Shown here: piece after piece, positions 32,822-42,917 of the stretch
Layout: every line of letters begins with the position of its first letter
Numbering within the stretch: the first letter of the stretch is position 1
From: an uncultured Actinomycetota bacterium
Lineage (GTDB): Bacteria > Actinomycetota > Actinomycetes > JAHEKZ01
Reading direction: 5' to 3'
DNA length: 64,000 bases
NCBI GenBank assembly: GCA_963743915.1
Contig: CAVURN010000005.1
Span: forward strand, 128,001 to 192,000
The notes under the pieces: model-generated
Seen by the model: the letters and a program-made list of their open reading frames with translations, nothing else
What the model was told of the DNA's origin: nothing
Database searches by the model: none
Translations under genes and position numbers: made by a program

Positions 32822-33859
32822 CTAGCGCAGTGGGGTCATGGTGTGCAGCAGGCGGTTGGGGGTACCAGCCGGCAGCCCGGCGAGCAGCCCCTTCGTCGAG
32901 CCACTCAGGATCCAGTGACGAACCCTCGAAGGCTGAGCCCTGGGGTGCGTCGACAGGAACAGCGCCGCCGCGCCACTGACGTACGGCGTGGCCCAGGACG
33001 TCGCTCCCGATCCGCGGTACCGGAACACGCCATCACCTCGCAGCACCGACCGAACCCCGACGCCGGGCGCGAACAAGTCCACACACGGTCCGACGTTCGA
33101 CCCGCTCCAGCGACGGTCGTTCCGGTTCGAAGCGCCGACGGTCAGCACCGTCGGCGCCTGAGCAGGAGTGCGGCGGCACGCGTCGCCGGCTTCGTTACCG
33201 GCGGCGGCGACGGCGGTGATACCCGCCCGTTCGAGCCGCCGCATGGCTCGGCTCACGCCGGTGAACCGCTCCGGGAAGCCGAGCGACAGGTTGACCACAG
33301 CCGGTCCTCGATGCCCTGCCGCGTCCGCAATCACCCAGTCGATCGCTCGGACGACGCGTCGAGCTTCGACGCGCGCCGGCGGAGAGCCGGTGCCCTCGCC
33401 GCCCTCGAGCGCCCTCACCGAGACCAGACGCGCGCCCTTCGCCACACCGGTGACGCGACCTCCCGCAATCCCGGCGACGAACGTCGCATGTCCGACCGCG
33501 AACGAGTCGCTGCAGTCGGTCCACGGACCCCCGGCGACGTTGGGCCCACGTCGCGCTCGGCTGCCGAACTCGGGGTTGCCGACCTGCGCACCGCAGTCGA
33601 CCACGTAGATCGTCACCCCGGAGCCGTCCGCCCTGGACCGGTAGGTGTGGTCAAGCGGCAATCGCCGCTGATCGATGCGGTCGAGCGCCCACCCTGGCGC
33701 GCTCTGCACGTTGACGGCTGACGTCGGACCCGCAACGGCGACAGGTCGATCGACGACACCGACGCTCGAAACCAACGCGAGCGCGGCCGTCGCAGTGACG
33801 AGCAACCAGCGGACCGGCACGCGTCTCACCCTAGCCACGCTCACACCCAAGGGGAGCAC
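32822..33859 (-). CDS. Secreted S8 subtilisin-like serine protease (aqualysin/proteinase K type)
   Basis: WALDRIDQR, YVVDCG (Asp), GHATFVAG (His), AAGNE, GATSWATP (Ser). Confidence 0.85.
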   Translation of the reverse strand: MLPLGVSVARVRRVPVRWLLVTATAALALVSSVGVVDRPVAVAGPTSAVNVQSAPGWALDRIDQRRLPLDHTYRSRADGSGVTIYVVDCGAQVGNPEFGSRARRGPNVAGGPWTDCSDSFAVGHATFVAGIAGGRVTGVAKGARLVSVRALEGGEGTGSPPARVEARRVVRAIDWVIADAAGHRGPAVVNLSLGFPERFTGVSRAMRRLERAGITAVAAAGNEAGDACRRTPAQAPTVLTVGASNRNDRRWSGSNVGPCVDLFAPGVGVRSVLRGDGVFRYRGSGATSWATPYVSGAAALFLSTHPRAQPSRVRHWILSGSTKGLLAGLPAGTPNRLLHTMTPLR

Positions 33860-33899
33860 GCCGGACGCTCGGCCACCAGGATCGCGACACTCGCCGCGC

Positions 33900-34496
33900 T
33901 TAGCTCGAGCCGTGCGCCTTGGGTGCGGCTCGTACGTGGGCGCGTTCGCCCTGCTTGCCGATCAGGCTGAGGTACTCGACTGGTCCAGAGCTGGTGGCTG
34001 CAAACCAGTGCGGTGTACGCGTGTCGAACTCCGCGGCCTCACCCGGCTCGAGGATGAGGTCGTGCTCACCCAGCACGAGCCGGAGCCTGCCGTTCAGTAC
34101 GTAGACCCAGTCGTATCCCTCGTGCGTGCGCACGTCAGGCTCGGCGTCGTCGCGGCCGGCAGGAAGCACGAACTTGTAGGCCTGAATACCGCCCTGCCTG
34201 CGAGTGAGGGGCAGGATCGTGGAGCCATCGGCACATGGGATGGGCCGCAGGTGAACACGCGGGTTGCCGGTAGGAGGAGCGTCGACGAGCTCGTCGAGAG
34301 TGACGCCGTAAGCACGCGCTAGGGGGAGCAACTGCTCCAGGGTGGGGCGGCGCAGCCCCGCTTCCAGCCGGGACAGCGTGCTGGCCGAAATCCCGGTCTC
34401 CTCAGCCAGCTCGCTGAGGGTGGTGCCACGACGTTGCCGTAACCGCTTGAGTCGCGGTCCCACCGCCTCGAGCGTTCGATCGGCCGAGGTATCCAT
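33900..34496 (-). CDS. XRE-family HTH regulator with cupin domain
   Basis: STLSRLEAGLRRPTLEQLLPLA, HEGYDWVYVLNG, EFDTRTPHWF. Confidence 0.9.
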   Translation of the reverse strand: MDTSADRTLEAVGPRLKRLRQRRGTTLSELAEETGISASTLSRLEAGLRRPTLEQLLPLARAYGVTLDELVDAPPTGNPRVHLRPIPCADGSTILPLTRRQGGIQAYKFVLPAGRDDAEPDVRTHEGYDWVYVLNGRLRLVLGEHDLILEPGEAAEFDTRTPHWFAATSSGPVEYLSLIGKQGERAHVRAAPKAHGSS

Positions 34497-34506
34497 ATCT
34501 GGCATT

Positions 34507-34530
34507 TTGCCATCCGGCAACGATGTTTGC
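34507..34530. promoter_or_regulatory. Palindromic operator between xre and the methyltransferase gene
   Basis: TTGCC-ATCC-GGCAA followed by an overlapping GCAA-N6-TTGC. Confidence 0.5.
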
Positions 34531-34631
34531 GCATCCGCCTTCTCGGGCTCACCATCGCACAGGGTGGCTCAACACATCAGTGCCGACCTCGCGAGGAAGA
34601 CGTCGATGGGCGAAGACACAGGAGGCAACCG

Positions 34632-35264
34632 ATGACGCAGTCCTTCGACAAGGACTACTGGGACCAGCACTGGCACGGTGACCGAGCCGGCACCCCGGTC
34701 GCGATGGCTGTGAGCCCGCCCAATCCACACCTGGTGCGTGAACTCGACGATCTGGTGCCCGGGACGGCACTCGACGCGGGCTGCGGTGCGGGAGCGGAGG
34801 CGATCTGGCTCGCGTCCCGCGGCTGGCAGGTGACCGCCGCGGACATCGCGGAGGAGGCCCTGACTCGCGCGGGCGAGCGTGCCGCCGAGAGCGGTGTCGC
34901 GGGGCAGGTGCGATGGATTCAGGCTGACCTGACCGCATGGGAACCGGGCACAAGGTATGACCTGGTGACGACCCACTACGCGCATCCAGCGATGCCGCAA
35001 CTGGAGTTCTACCGCCGGATCGCCACCTGGGTCGCCCGGAACGGCACTCTCTTGATCATCGGCCACCTTCAGCACGGGCATGGGGGCGGTGATGGTCAGC
35101 CGCTCGCCGCGGCGTCAGTCACCACCGCAGACATCACGGCGCAGCTCGATCCCCCCTTGTGGGAGGTCGTAACGGCCGAGGAGTCGCACCGCACCCTGCC
35201 CGGCCACGGTCGCAAACCGGCGATCCTCCACGACGTCATCGTTCGGGCGACCCGCCGACACTGA
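34632..35264 (+). CDS. Class I SAM-dependent methyltransferase
   Basis: ALDAGCGAGAEAIWLA, YDLVTTHYAH; GGAGG RBS. Confidence 0.88.
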   Translation: MTQSFDKDYWDQHWHGDRAGTPVAMAVSPPNPHLVRELDDLVPGTALDAGCGAGAEAIWLASRGWQVTAADIAEEALTRAGERAAESGVAGQVRWIQADLTAWEPGTRYDLVTTHYAHPAMPQLEFYRRIATWVARNGTLLIIGHLQHGHGGGDGQPLAAASVTTADITAQLDPPLWEVVTAEESHRTLPGHGRKPAILHDVIVRATRRH

Positions 35265-35479
35265 TCTATCGACCGACGCGGCAGCACGCAAGCGGCCACT
35301 CAGGTCTCGGTGCCTCGCACCCGGCAGTCCCACGACTTCCTCAGCGGCTGAGGGGACAAGACACAGGGGTCTGGCTCCTAGAATGGATCAAGCTGCTAGG
35401 TGGCTTTGCTCGTGCAGACCATGACGCTCTACGCGTCGTGCTGGACCATCGGCGAAGTGCAGGCGGGTGGAGGGTGGCC

Positions 35480-35998
35480 GTGACAGACGGAGCCTTGAGT
35501 GTCAGCGAGGTCACCGAGCAGGAGCCGCCTCGCCGGACCCGCCGAGCTCCACTGTGGTTGCTGGTAGTGCTGTCGCTGATGGCTGTGGGGGGTGTAGCCA
35601 TTGCGTGGTCACAGCCGGCCAACAACGAACTGAGGGTGGCAGCCAGCGAGCAGGAGTTCCTCAACGCTCTGGACGCGATGCAGACGGAGTGGTACTGCAC
35701 CATCGACGAGAACGCAGCTGGCCCCGACAGCGTTGGGTTTACATGGGCTGGCTGCAACCTGGGCAGCGACGGAACCAAGTTGAGCGTGGAGTACTGGCAA
35801 GATCTCGACGGCGCGCTCGCCCTCACGGCCGAGCTGAGAGAAAGGGACCCCATCGCGTTCACCTCGGAGTGCATCTACATCGGAGACCACGTGGTGGTCA
35901 CCTGGTCGTCGGCGTCGGCAACCGACGAGGATGTGCAGAAGGTGGCTGATGCGCTCGACGGCTGGAAGCAGCCGGAAGGTCAGCGCGACTGCCCATGA
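35480..35998 (+). CDS. Hypothetical membrane-anchored protein
   Basis: Single N-terminal TM (LWLLVVLSLMAVGGVAIAW), acidic extracytoplasmic domain with 4 Cys. Confidence 0.55.
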   Translation: MTDGALSVSEVTEQEPPRRTRRAPLWLLVVLSLMAVGGVAIAWSQPANNELRVAASEQEFLNALDAMQTEWYCTIDENAAGPDSVGFTWAGCNLGSDGTKLSVEYWQDLDGALALTAELRERDPIAFTSECIYIGDHVVVTWSSASATDEDVQKVADALDGWKQPEGQRDCP

Positions 35999-36015
35999 GC
36001 GCCCCCTCTCACACA

Positions 36016-36047
36016 CTGAAAGGGCCCGAGGCGTCGGGCCCCTTCAG
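36016..36047. terminator. Stem-loop terminator downstream of ssrA
   Basis: CTGAAAGGGCCCGA / TCGGGCCCCTTCAG inverted repeat. Confidence 0.7.
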
Positions 36048-36089
36048 CTATCCGCGAATGCGGTCGGCGGCTCTTTCGCGAACCGCTCA

Positions 36090-36461
36090 TGGTGGAGGTG
36101 GCGGGAATCGAACCCGCGTCCTTCGTCGGCCGTACAGGGCTTCTCCGGGTGCAGCCTGCTGTGCTTTTCTCAGCCCCGGCAGTCACGCAGGCAAGCTGCC
36201 GACGGGCTCAGTCACTGTGAGATGTTCCCGCGGGACCCGTGACCGGTCCCTTGGGTGGAGCTTCCTAGTCGACGCCAGACACCGGATCGGAAGCAGCTCC
36301 GGGCTGACGGATCTTCAACTTCGCTTAGGCAGCGAGAGCGAGATCAGTGCGCGATGTATTGGCACTTATTGGTTTCCAAGGAATGGTTAACGAGATCGTC
36401 CTTGGCATCCTCGACCCGCTTCCCCTGGACAGTCCGTCCAAAGTCGAAACCTTTCACCCCC
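36090..36461 (-). ncRNA. ssrA: tmRNA; tag peptide ANTSRTDLALAA (36363-36325)
   Basis: 5' GGGGGTGAAAGGTTTCGAC, 3' GGTTCGATTCCCGCCACCTCCACCA with G3-U alanine identity pair; internal tag ORF ending ALAA-stop. Confidence 0.97.
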
Positions 36462-36534
36462 ATGGGTGAACCCTCTTCAGTTGTCCCCCCATTCTACGCG
36501 ATCGGCCCCTGAAACGCCGACCGGCATTTCGGCC

Positions 36535-37951
36535 TCATGTACGGGCTAGGACGGCACCAGCCGCGTTCCATCCACCCATCCCGTGCACACCTGCGCCTGG
36601 CGGCGTCGACGACGAGCAGAGGTAGAGACCGGGCACCGGCGTCGTCCAGGGCGACCGCGACAGCACCGGGCGGGCCAGGAACTGGCGCCAGTCGGACGCC
36701 CCACCGGCGATGTCACCACCGACCTCGTTGGCGTTGTGCGCCTCCAGCGCCGCCGTGTCCATCGTGTGGCGAGCCAGGATCCGCTCCCGGAAACCCGGTG
36801 CGAACCTCTCCATCTGTGCCTCGATCCGGTCGGTCATGTCGACCCTCGATCCGTGCGGCACGTGGCAGTAGGCCCAGCCGGTGTGCTTGCCCTCAGGGGC
36901 CCGCGTCGCGGTCCGCGACGGTCGCCTGGACGAAGAGCACGTAGGGACGTTGCGGGTGCTGGCCGGACGTGACCGCGCGCTCGCTCGCGGCGACCTCCGA
37001 GGCCGTCCCGCAGACGTGCACGGTGCCGGCCTCGGCCAGCCTCGCGTCCGCCCACGGCACCGGACCGTCCAGGGCCCAGTCGACCTTGAACACACCAGGC
37101 CCGTAACGGAACTTGCCGAGGCGCCGTCGGTAGGAGGGAGGCAGCAGCTCGCCACCGATCGCGACCACCTGTCGCGGTGTGAGGTCGAGGATGATGCTGG
37201 ACGTCGGCGGCAGATCGGCCAAGGACGTCACGCGGTGGTCGGTGACGACCTCACCGCCGAGTGAACGCAGCCTCGCGACCAGGGCGTCCGCGATCGACTG
37301 GGATCCCCCCACGGCGACGGGCCAGCCCACGCGATGGGCGAGCCCGCCCAGCAGCATGCCGAAGCCCGCGGTCGTCAACGAGCTGAGCGAAAGCATGGAG
37401 TGGGCGGACAGGCCGGCCAACAGCGCGCGCGCCGGGGCCTCCCGGAATGCCACGCGCTCCACGAGCTGCGACGGCCAAGCGCCGATCGATCCGTACCGCG
37501 CCAACGCCAACGGAGCCCGCGGGGGGATCTGCAGCGGGGACAGCAGAGCATCGACGAGTGGGTCACCGGCGTTCGCCACAGCCCCCATGACCCTTCGCCA
37601 CGCGGCGCCGTCGCGACCGAGGCCGGACGCGGTCTCGGCGACATCGCGCAGGAGCAGCGCGCTCTCGCGCTGGTTGAGCGGATGTCCGAGCGGGACGCCG
37701 GGGTGCGCGAACTCCAGTCCTTCGGACGCCAGACCGAACGCCCGAAAGGCGTGGGACGCCATGGCAAGCGGGTGCACCGACGAGCACACGTCATGCCGGA
37801 ATCCGGGCAGGGTGAGCTCCTCGGTGCGCAGGCCGCCACCCCAGGTGGACGCCGCCTCGAGCACCAGCACCCGCTGACCCGCCGCAGCCAGCCGGTTCGC
37901 CGCGGCCAGGCCGTTCGGCCCGGAGCCGACGACGATCGCATCGTGGTCCAT
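36535..37951 (-). CDS. Phytoene-desaturase-family NAD(P)/FAD oxidoreductase, frameshift near 36900
   Basis: VVGSGPNGLAAA, HDVCSSVHP, YLCSSSTPPGAGVHGMGG. Confidence 0.85.
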
Positions 37952-38020
37952 GTCCACAGCCTGCCGCGTCCAGGCTCGGCTGTCGTCGCGGGGGTTGCTC
38001 GGGCGTGCGGGGCGGAGAGG

Positions 38021-39259
38021 TCACCTGGTGACGTCAGCCAGCCGACGTTCCAGGTACCGGCGCTCGACGTCGTTCCCGACGACCAGCAGCGCCTGGCGGT
38101 ACTCATCAGCCGCCTCGCTGTCCCGGCCGAGCCGCCTGAGCAGGTCGGCTCGTGCGGCGGGCAGGTAGTGGTAACCCTTCAACGCCGGATCACCGGCCAC
38201 CCGGTCGAGCACCGCCAGCCCGGCCTGGGGGCCGTCCGCCATGGCGACGGCGGCGGCCCGGTTGAGCTGGACGACAGGGGACGGCCAGACCGACAGCAGA
38301 TCGTCGTACAGCCGGACGATCAGCGGCCAGTCCGTCCGCTCCCAGGTCGATGCCCGGGCATGGACCGCGGCGATGGCAGCCTGCAGCGCGAACCGACCGT
38401 GCGGTTCGGGTCCCACGAGCGCCCGGGCCGCCAGCAGACGCCCCTCGGCGATCTCGTCGGCGTCCCACCTCGACCGGTCCTGGTCCTCCAGCAGCACGAG
38501 CTCACCCGCGTCATCCACCCTTGCCGCTCGCCGAGCGTCGGTGAGCAGCATGAGCGCCAGCAGTCCCTGCACCTCGAGCTGCCCGGGCATCAGGCCGCTC
38601 AGCAAGCGTCCAAGGTCCAGCGCCCGCACGGTCACCTCACGATCGAGCAGGTCGTCACCCGACGAGGCCGTGTGTCCAGCGGTGAAGAAGAGGTGCAGAG
38701 TGGTCAGGACGGCGTCCAACCGCTCCTGCAGGTCGTTGTCGGTGGGCATGACGAAGGGGATGCGCGCGAGGGAGATCTTCTTCTTGCCGCGCGTGATGCG
38801 CGCGGCCATGGTCGACTCGCTCACCAGGAAGGTGCGGGCGATCGCGGGAGTCGGCAGGCCGCAGACGAGTCGCAGGGTCAGCGCCACCTGTGTCTCGGGA
38901 GCAAGCGCCGGATGGCAGCACGTGAAGACGAGGCGCAGGCGGTCGTCAGGGATCACCGATGCCTCCTCGTCGCGGGCAGTCTCGTCATCCTCCGGCTCGA
39001 TCAGCAGGGGGATCTTGCGCTGCAAGGTCTGTTGGCGCCGCAGCTGGTCCAACGCCTTGCGGCGTGCGGTCGTGGTGAGCCACGCTCCCGGTCGATCGGG
39101 GACGCCGTCGGCGTCCCAGCGCTCGAGCGCGGCGACGAATGCCTCCTGGACACATTCCTCGGCCAGGTCGAGGTCACCGGCGACGCGTACCGTCGCGGCG
39201 AGCACCTGGGCCCACTCGCGGCGGTACGCGTCGTCGACGGCGTCGCGAGCGGCGGTCAC
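38021..39259 (-). CDS. ECF42-type sigma factor with C-terminal TPR extension
   Basis: DLAEECVQEAF, DDRLRLVFTCCHPAL, QDRSRWD, SPVVQLNRA; coupled to a DGPF gene. Confidence 0.88.
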   Translation of the reverse strand: MTAARDAVDDAYRREWAQVLAATVRVAGDLDLAEECVQEAFVAALERWDADGVPDRPGAWLTTTARRKALDQLRRQQTLQRKIPLLIEPEDDETARDEEASVIPDDRLRLVFTCCHPALAPETQVALTLRLVCGLPTPAIARTFLVSESTMAARITRGKKKISLARIPFVMPTDNDLQERLDAVLTTLHLFFTAGHTASSGDDLLDREVTVRALDLGRLLSGLMPGQLEVQGLLALMLLTDARRAARVDDAGELVLLEDQDRSRWDADEIAEGRLLAARALVGPEPHGRFALQAAIAAVHARASTWERTDWPLIVRLYDDLLSVWPSPVVQLNRAAAVAMADGPQAGLAVLDRVAGDPALKGYHYLPAARADLLRRLGRDSEAADEYRQALLVVGNDVERRYLERRLADVTR

Positions 39260-39618
39260 CCGCCCGAGGTGTCGACGATCGGTCGGACCTCCACGCCACC
39301 CTTGATCGCCGGAAGGATCCGCGCGAACCCGATGGCGGCGTCCAGGTCCGCGCACTCGATCACGTAGTAGCCGCCCAGGGTCTCCTTGGTCTCGGCGAAA
39401 GGCCCGTCCGTGACCAGGATGCTCGGGGTGCCCTGACCGCGCACGGTGGTGGCCGTGGACGCCGGCGCCAGGGCGTTACCGTCGACGATGGTCCCTCCAC
39501 CGGCGACGACCTTCTCCTGGAACTCGTTGTGCAGCGTGAGCATGCGCTCCCACTCCTGCGGTCCCATCGACTCCTCTGCCTCGGCGTCTCCGAAGATCAG
39601 GAACAGGTACTGGGCCAT
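39256..39618 (-). CDS. YciI/DGPF-domain protein
   Basis: TDGPFAETKETLGGYY, VEVRP. Confidence 0.92.
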   Translation of the reverse strand: MAQYLFLIFGDAEAEESMGPQEWERMLTLHNEFQEKVVAGGGTIVDGNALAPASTATTVRGQGTPSILVTDGPFAETKETLGGYYVIECADLDAAIGFARILPAIKGGVEVRPIVDTSGG

Positions 39619-39654
39619 GAGAACTCCTTCGATGAGAGGTGCTGTCACCCCTCC

Positions 39655-39681
39655 GACGAACGAGTGTGCCCCGATTCGACA
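39655..39681 (-). promoter_or_regulatory. ECF42-type promoter
   Basis: TGTCGA-N17-CGTC upstream of the DGPF-sigma operon. Confidence 0.7.
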
Positions 39682-39711
39682 GCTCCGCGGTCAGCCTGTG
39701 CCGTCCGGTGC

Positions 39712-40928
39712 CTACCGGCGGAACGGTCCGGTGATCTCGAAGGTCATGCCGTTGACGCCGTCAGTCCCTCGCTGCGACGTCATGTAGAGGCGCGTCCCGT
39801 CCGGGTTGAAGGCCAGCCCGGTGATCTCCGACTCGGGCTTCCAGCTCGACGACGGCACCGTGTCCGGGTCCTGGCCCGGTGACCCGGTCTCGCCCCCTGC
39901 GTGACCGACCAGCTGGACGAAGGGAGCCGCGACCCGCGAGCGCGCGCCGTCGGCCAGCAGCACCAGCTGGAGGTCGTCGGCGTCCTCACCGACGAAGATG
40001 TCCCCGGACGTGGGGTGCGCGGTGATGCAGTCCGGGTCCTTCAGCGGTGCATCGGCACCGAGCTCAGCGGCGTCGTAGATGACCTCGATCGCGTCCGTGG
40101 CGGTGTTGTGCGCCCAGACCCGGTCGTCGCCGGTGGTCGTGAAGTACACGTGCCCGTCGGAGAAGAACGCGCCCTCACCGCGGTTGAAGGCGGTGGTGCG
40201 CTTGGTCCGCTCCGCCTTCTGCGTGCTGACCTCGACCCAGCTGAGCCGGTTGCCGGCACTGTTCAGCTTGGCGGCCTCCAGGACTCCCGCGGACAGGTCG
40301 CCGTAGCGCTCCGGCAGGAACCGGTAGTAGCCGGCCAGTCGCGTAGTCCTCGGTCAGGTAGACCCATCCGGTCACCGGGTCGACGACCGCTGCCTCGTGC
40401 GGGAAACGTCCGAGCAGGGGTCGCGCGACGCCCTGGCTCGGCCGGGTCGGGTCGCACTCCCAGACCAGACCGTCCTTGAACTCCTCGCCGGACAACCAGG
40501 TGCCCCAGGGTGTGGCCCCGCCCGAGCAGTTCCACTTGGTGTCGCTGAGGATCCGGTAGGCGTCGGTGATCTCGCCGACGGCGGTTGAACCGGATCGCCG
40601 CGGCTCCGCCACCTGTGCCGTTCACCTCGGAGTTGGCCGCGTAGATCCAGCCCCCGTCGGCTGTGGCGAAGCAGGCGGCACCGTCGGGCTCACGGACCCA
40701 CGGGAACGTGGTGCCCGGCACGCGGTCTCCGGTGTAGCCGATGAGCCGTGCGGAGAAGCCCGAGGGCAGTCGGACCCCGTACTGGTCCGGGGCGCCCAGG
40801 GGCCCGTACGGTCCGGGTCCGACCACGACCGGTGAGGCGAGCGCCTCGCGCCAGAAGCCGAGGCCGAAGGTGAGCGCGGTGGTGGTGGCACCGAGCTTGA
40901 GGGCGGTGCGACGATCCAGAGTTGTCAT
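39712..40928 (-). CDS. PhoX-family (DUF839) alkaline phosphatase, Tat-exported, frameshifted
   Basis: LDRRTAL Tat signal, PDGAACF, NCSGGATPWGTWLSGEE, HEAAVVD, YLTED, SEITGLAFNPDGTRLYMTSQRG. Confidence 0.85.
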
Positions 40929-41051
40929 CCCGTGAGGCTAGGGATCCGGAAGGCCACGGGAGTGGACGGAGGGCGAAATCATCACAACGGGCCGTCGACG
41001 CCTAGACCTGAATGACTATTCAGGTGTTGTCGGGTCCCGACTGGGGGACGG

Positions 41052-42908
41052 TCACCAGCCGCCTCCGCCCCCGCCCCCGAAGCCGCCACCGGAGAAGCCT
41101 CCCCCACCGGAGAACCCGCTCTTGGAGCTGGCGGCGGCGGCCGAGATGGCCCCAGAGGTGCTGACCGAGAAGGCGTTCACCGAGCTGCCGAACGCCGCGT
41201 AGGTCCACGGGTGCGGGCTGGTGTACCACGCCACGGTCGGTGCCACGGCAGCTCCACCCCCGGCGGCCGCCAAGGTCGCGAACACCTTGGCCCAGCGTTC
41301 GGCCTCGCCGAACACGATCGCGTACGGGAGGTACCTCGAGAAGACGTCCTCACCCTCCTCGAAGCGGATCTGGCCGGCCTCAGCCGTGGCCAGGTACCGC
41401 CTGAACCCGAGGGTCCTGGCCAGGACGGCACTGCCCTGTCCGGTGCGGGCCGGCATGGTGCGACCGACGAACCAGAACGCGAGGGCACCGACCACCAGTG
41501 CGAGCCCCACCACCCCGAAGGTCGTGTACCGCGCCAACAGGTAGGTGATGCCCACCGCCGCCGCCAGAGCCACGAACCCCAGGACGCCCCAGGCGCTGCG
41601 TGTCGAGTCCGGCCGCCGCCGGTACCACTTGCGGTACACGAGCTCGTCGTACAGCTTGCTCTGCACCGCCGAGAGATCGGACGCGAACGTGCGCTTGAGC
41701 TCGGAGAGCTTGACGACGTTGCGACCCTCGAACAGCGAGGAGAAGAGCTTCTGCTCGTAGTCCAGCAGGGACTCGTCCCCACCCTTGAGCTGCACCAGCT
41801 GCCAGTCACGGCTGCCGAAGAGCCCCGGGTCGGGGATCTCGTCGATCCGCAGGTATCCCCGGACGGCGAGGTCGACGATGGTGGCCGTCACATCGAGGAC
41901 GTTCGCCTGCTCGTCGATCAGCGTCCCGAGCAGGCCCGGGCGCAGGTCGTCCGGGGGGGACCACTCGACCGGCCCCTCCCCCTCGTCGCCGAACGGCCGC
42001 ATCTCCTCGGTCGTGGACGAACCAGCCAGCGGTGTCAGCCCAGGGATCTGTCCGACGTAGCGACGGTCACGTCCCCGCCGGACCAGTGCGAAGGCACCGA
42101 CACCCACGAGCGCCAGGACGCCGAGCCCGGTGCCGATCGGGGCGGGAGACAACGAGAAGGCACGCTGCAGCGACCAGCGCGGCTCGTACATCGGGGGCGG
42201 GACGTCGACGGCACCCGTGGGGGTCGCGACCACCACGGTCATGGCGGACCCGCTGCCCAGGCCACGCTGGGCGGCCTGCACTGAGGTGTCGCCCACCTCG
42301 AGCGAGTCGCACTTCAGCGCGCTGCCGAGGGGTCCGGCGAAGCACTTGGCGCGCTGCACTGCGGGTGCCGCCACCCGCACCGTCGCCTGCCGGATGGGGA
42401 CGGCCCAGTCCGCGCCGATCGCGTTCCAGTACAGCTCGTCGTACGCGTCGAAGGCGTTCATCGCACCCACGACGTGGTAGCTGAGCTGGTAGCTCTGTGC
42501 ACCGATGATCGTGCGGTCCGGGTCGCCCACGCGGATGACCAGCTGCGATCCCTGTTGCGAGACGTCGAGGTCGGTCGGGGCGCCGGTCGAGCTGCTGACG
42601 GTGACGTCCTCGATGTCGATGACACGCTCGTACGTCTCGTCGATCGTGGTGTCCGAGCTCTCCGGCGTGAAGGTCTCGGTCACCGGGTAGCGGTTGGGGA
42701 TGTTGCGGTAGATCCCGTGGCTGCGGTCGGTGAACGTGTAGTCGATCTGCTCCGTGACGTCGAGAGAGCCATCGTCGTTGATGGTGATGGCCACGTCGTA
42801 GCTGCTCGATGAAGCCGTCTCCGGCTGCAGCGTCCGCCGGGACCGGCGCCAGCAGCAGCATCCCAGGAGAGTCAGCACAGCCACGACCGACGTCCGCCTG
42901 AGCGTCAT
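41052..42908 (-). CDS. DUF2207 membrane protein
   Basis: HGIYRNIP, ELYWNAIG, ATIVDLAVRGYL, YLPYAIVFG, Gly-rich GGGGGGW end. Confidence 0.88.
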   Translation of the reverse strand: MTLRRTSVVAVLTLLGCCCWRRSRRTLQPETASSSSYDVAITINDDGSLDVTEQIDYTFTDRSHGIYRNIPNRYPVTETFTPESSDTTIDETYERVIDIEDVTVSSSTGAPTDLDVSQQGSQLVIRVGDPDRTIIGAQSYQLSYHVVGAMNAFDAYDELYWNAIGADWAVPIRQATVRVAAPAVQRAKCFAGPLGSALKCDSLEVGDTSVQAAQRGLGSGSAMTVVVATPTGAVDVPPPMYEPRWSLQRAFSLSPAPIGTGLGVLALVGVGAFALVRRGRDRRYVGQIPGLTPLAGSSTTEEMRPFGDEGEGPVEWSPPDDLRPGLLGTLIDEQANVLDVTATIVDLAVRGYLRIDEIPDPGLFGSRDWQLVQLKGGDESLLDYEQKLFSSLFEGRNVVKLSELKRTFASDLSAVQSKLYDELVYRKWYRRRPDSTRSAWGVLGFVALAAAVGITYLLARYTTFGVVGLALVVGALAFWFVGRTMPARTGQGSAVLARTLGFRRYLATAEAGQIRFEEGEDVFSRYLPYAIVFGEAERWAKVFATLAAAGGGAAVAPTVAWYTSPHPWTYAAFGSSVNAFSVSTSGAISAAAASSKSGFSGGGGFSGGGFGGGGGGGW

Positions 42909-42917
42909 CGACTTCTC

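Noticed and set aside
35466-35478. att-site duplicate of the tmRNA 3' end (GGTGGAGGGTGGC)
   Set aside because: Short, imperfect, doubles as the RBS of the downstream ORF; no integrase nearby
40950-40980. PHO box upstream of phoX
   Set aside because: Only weak 11-bp-spaced matches to GTTCAY repeats; not supportable
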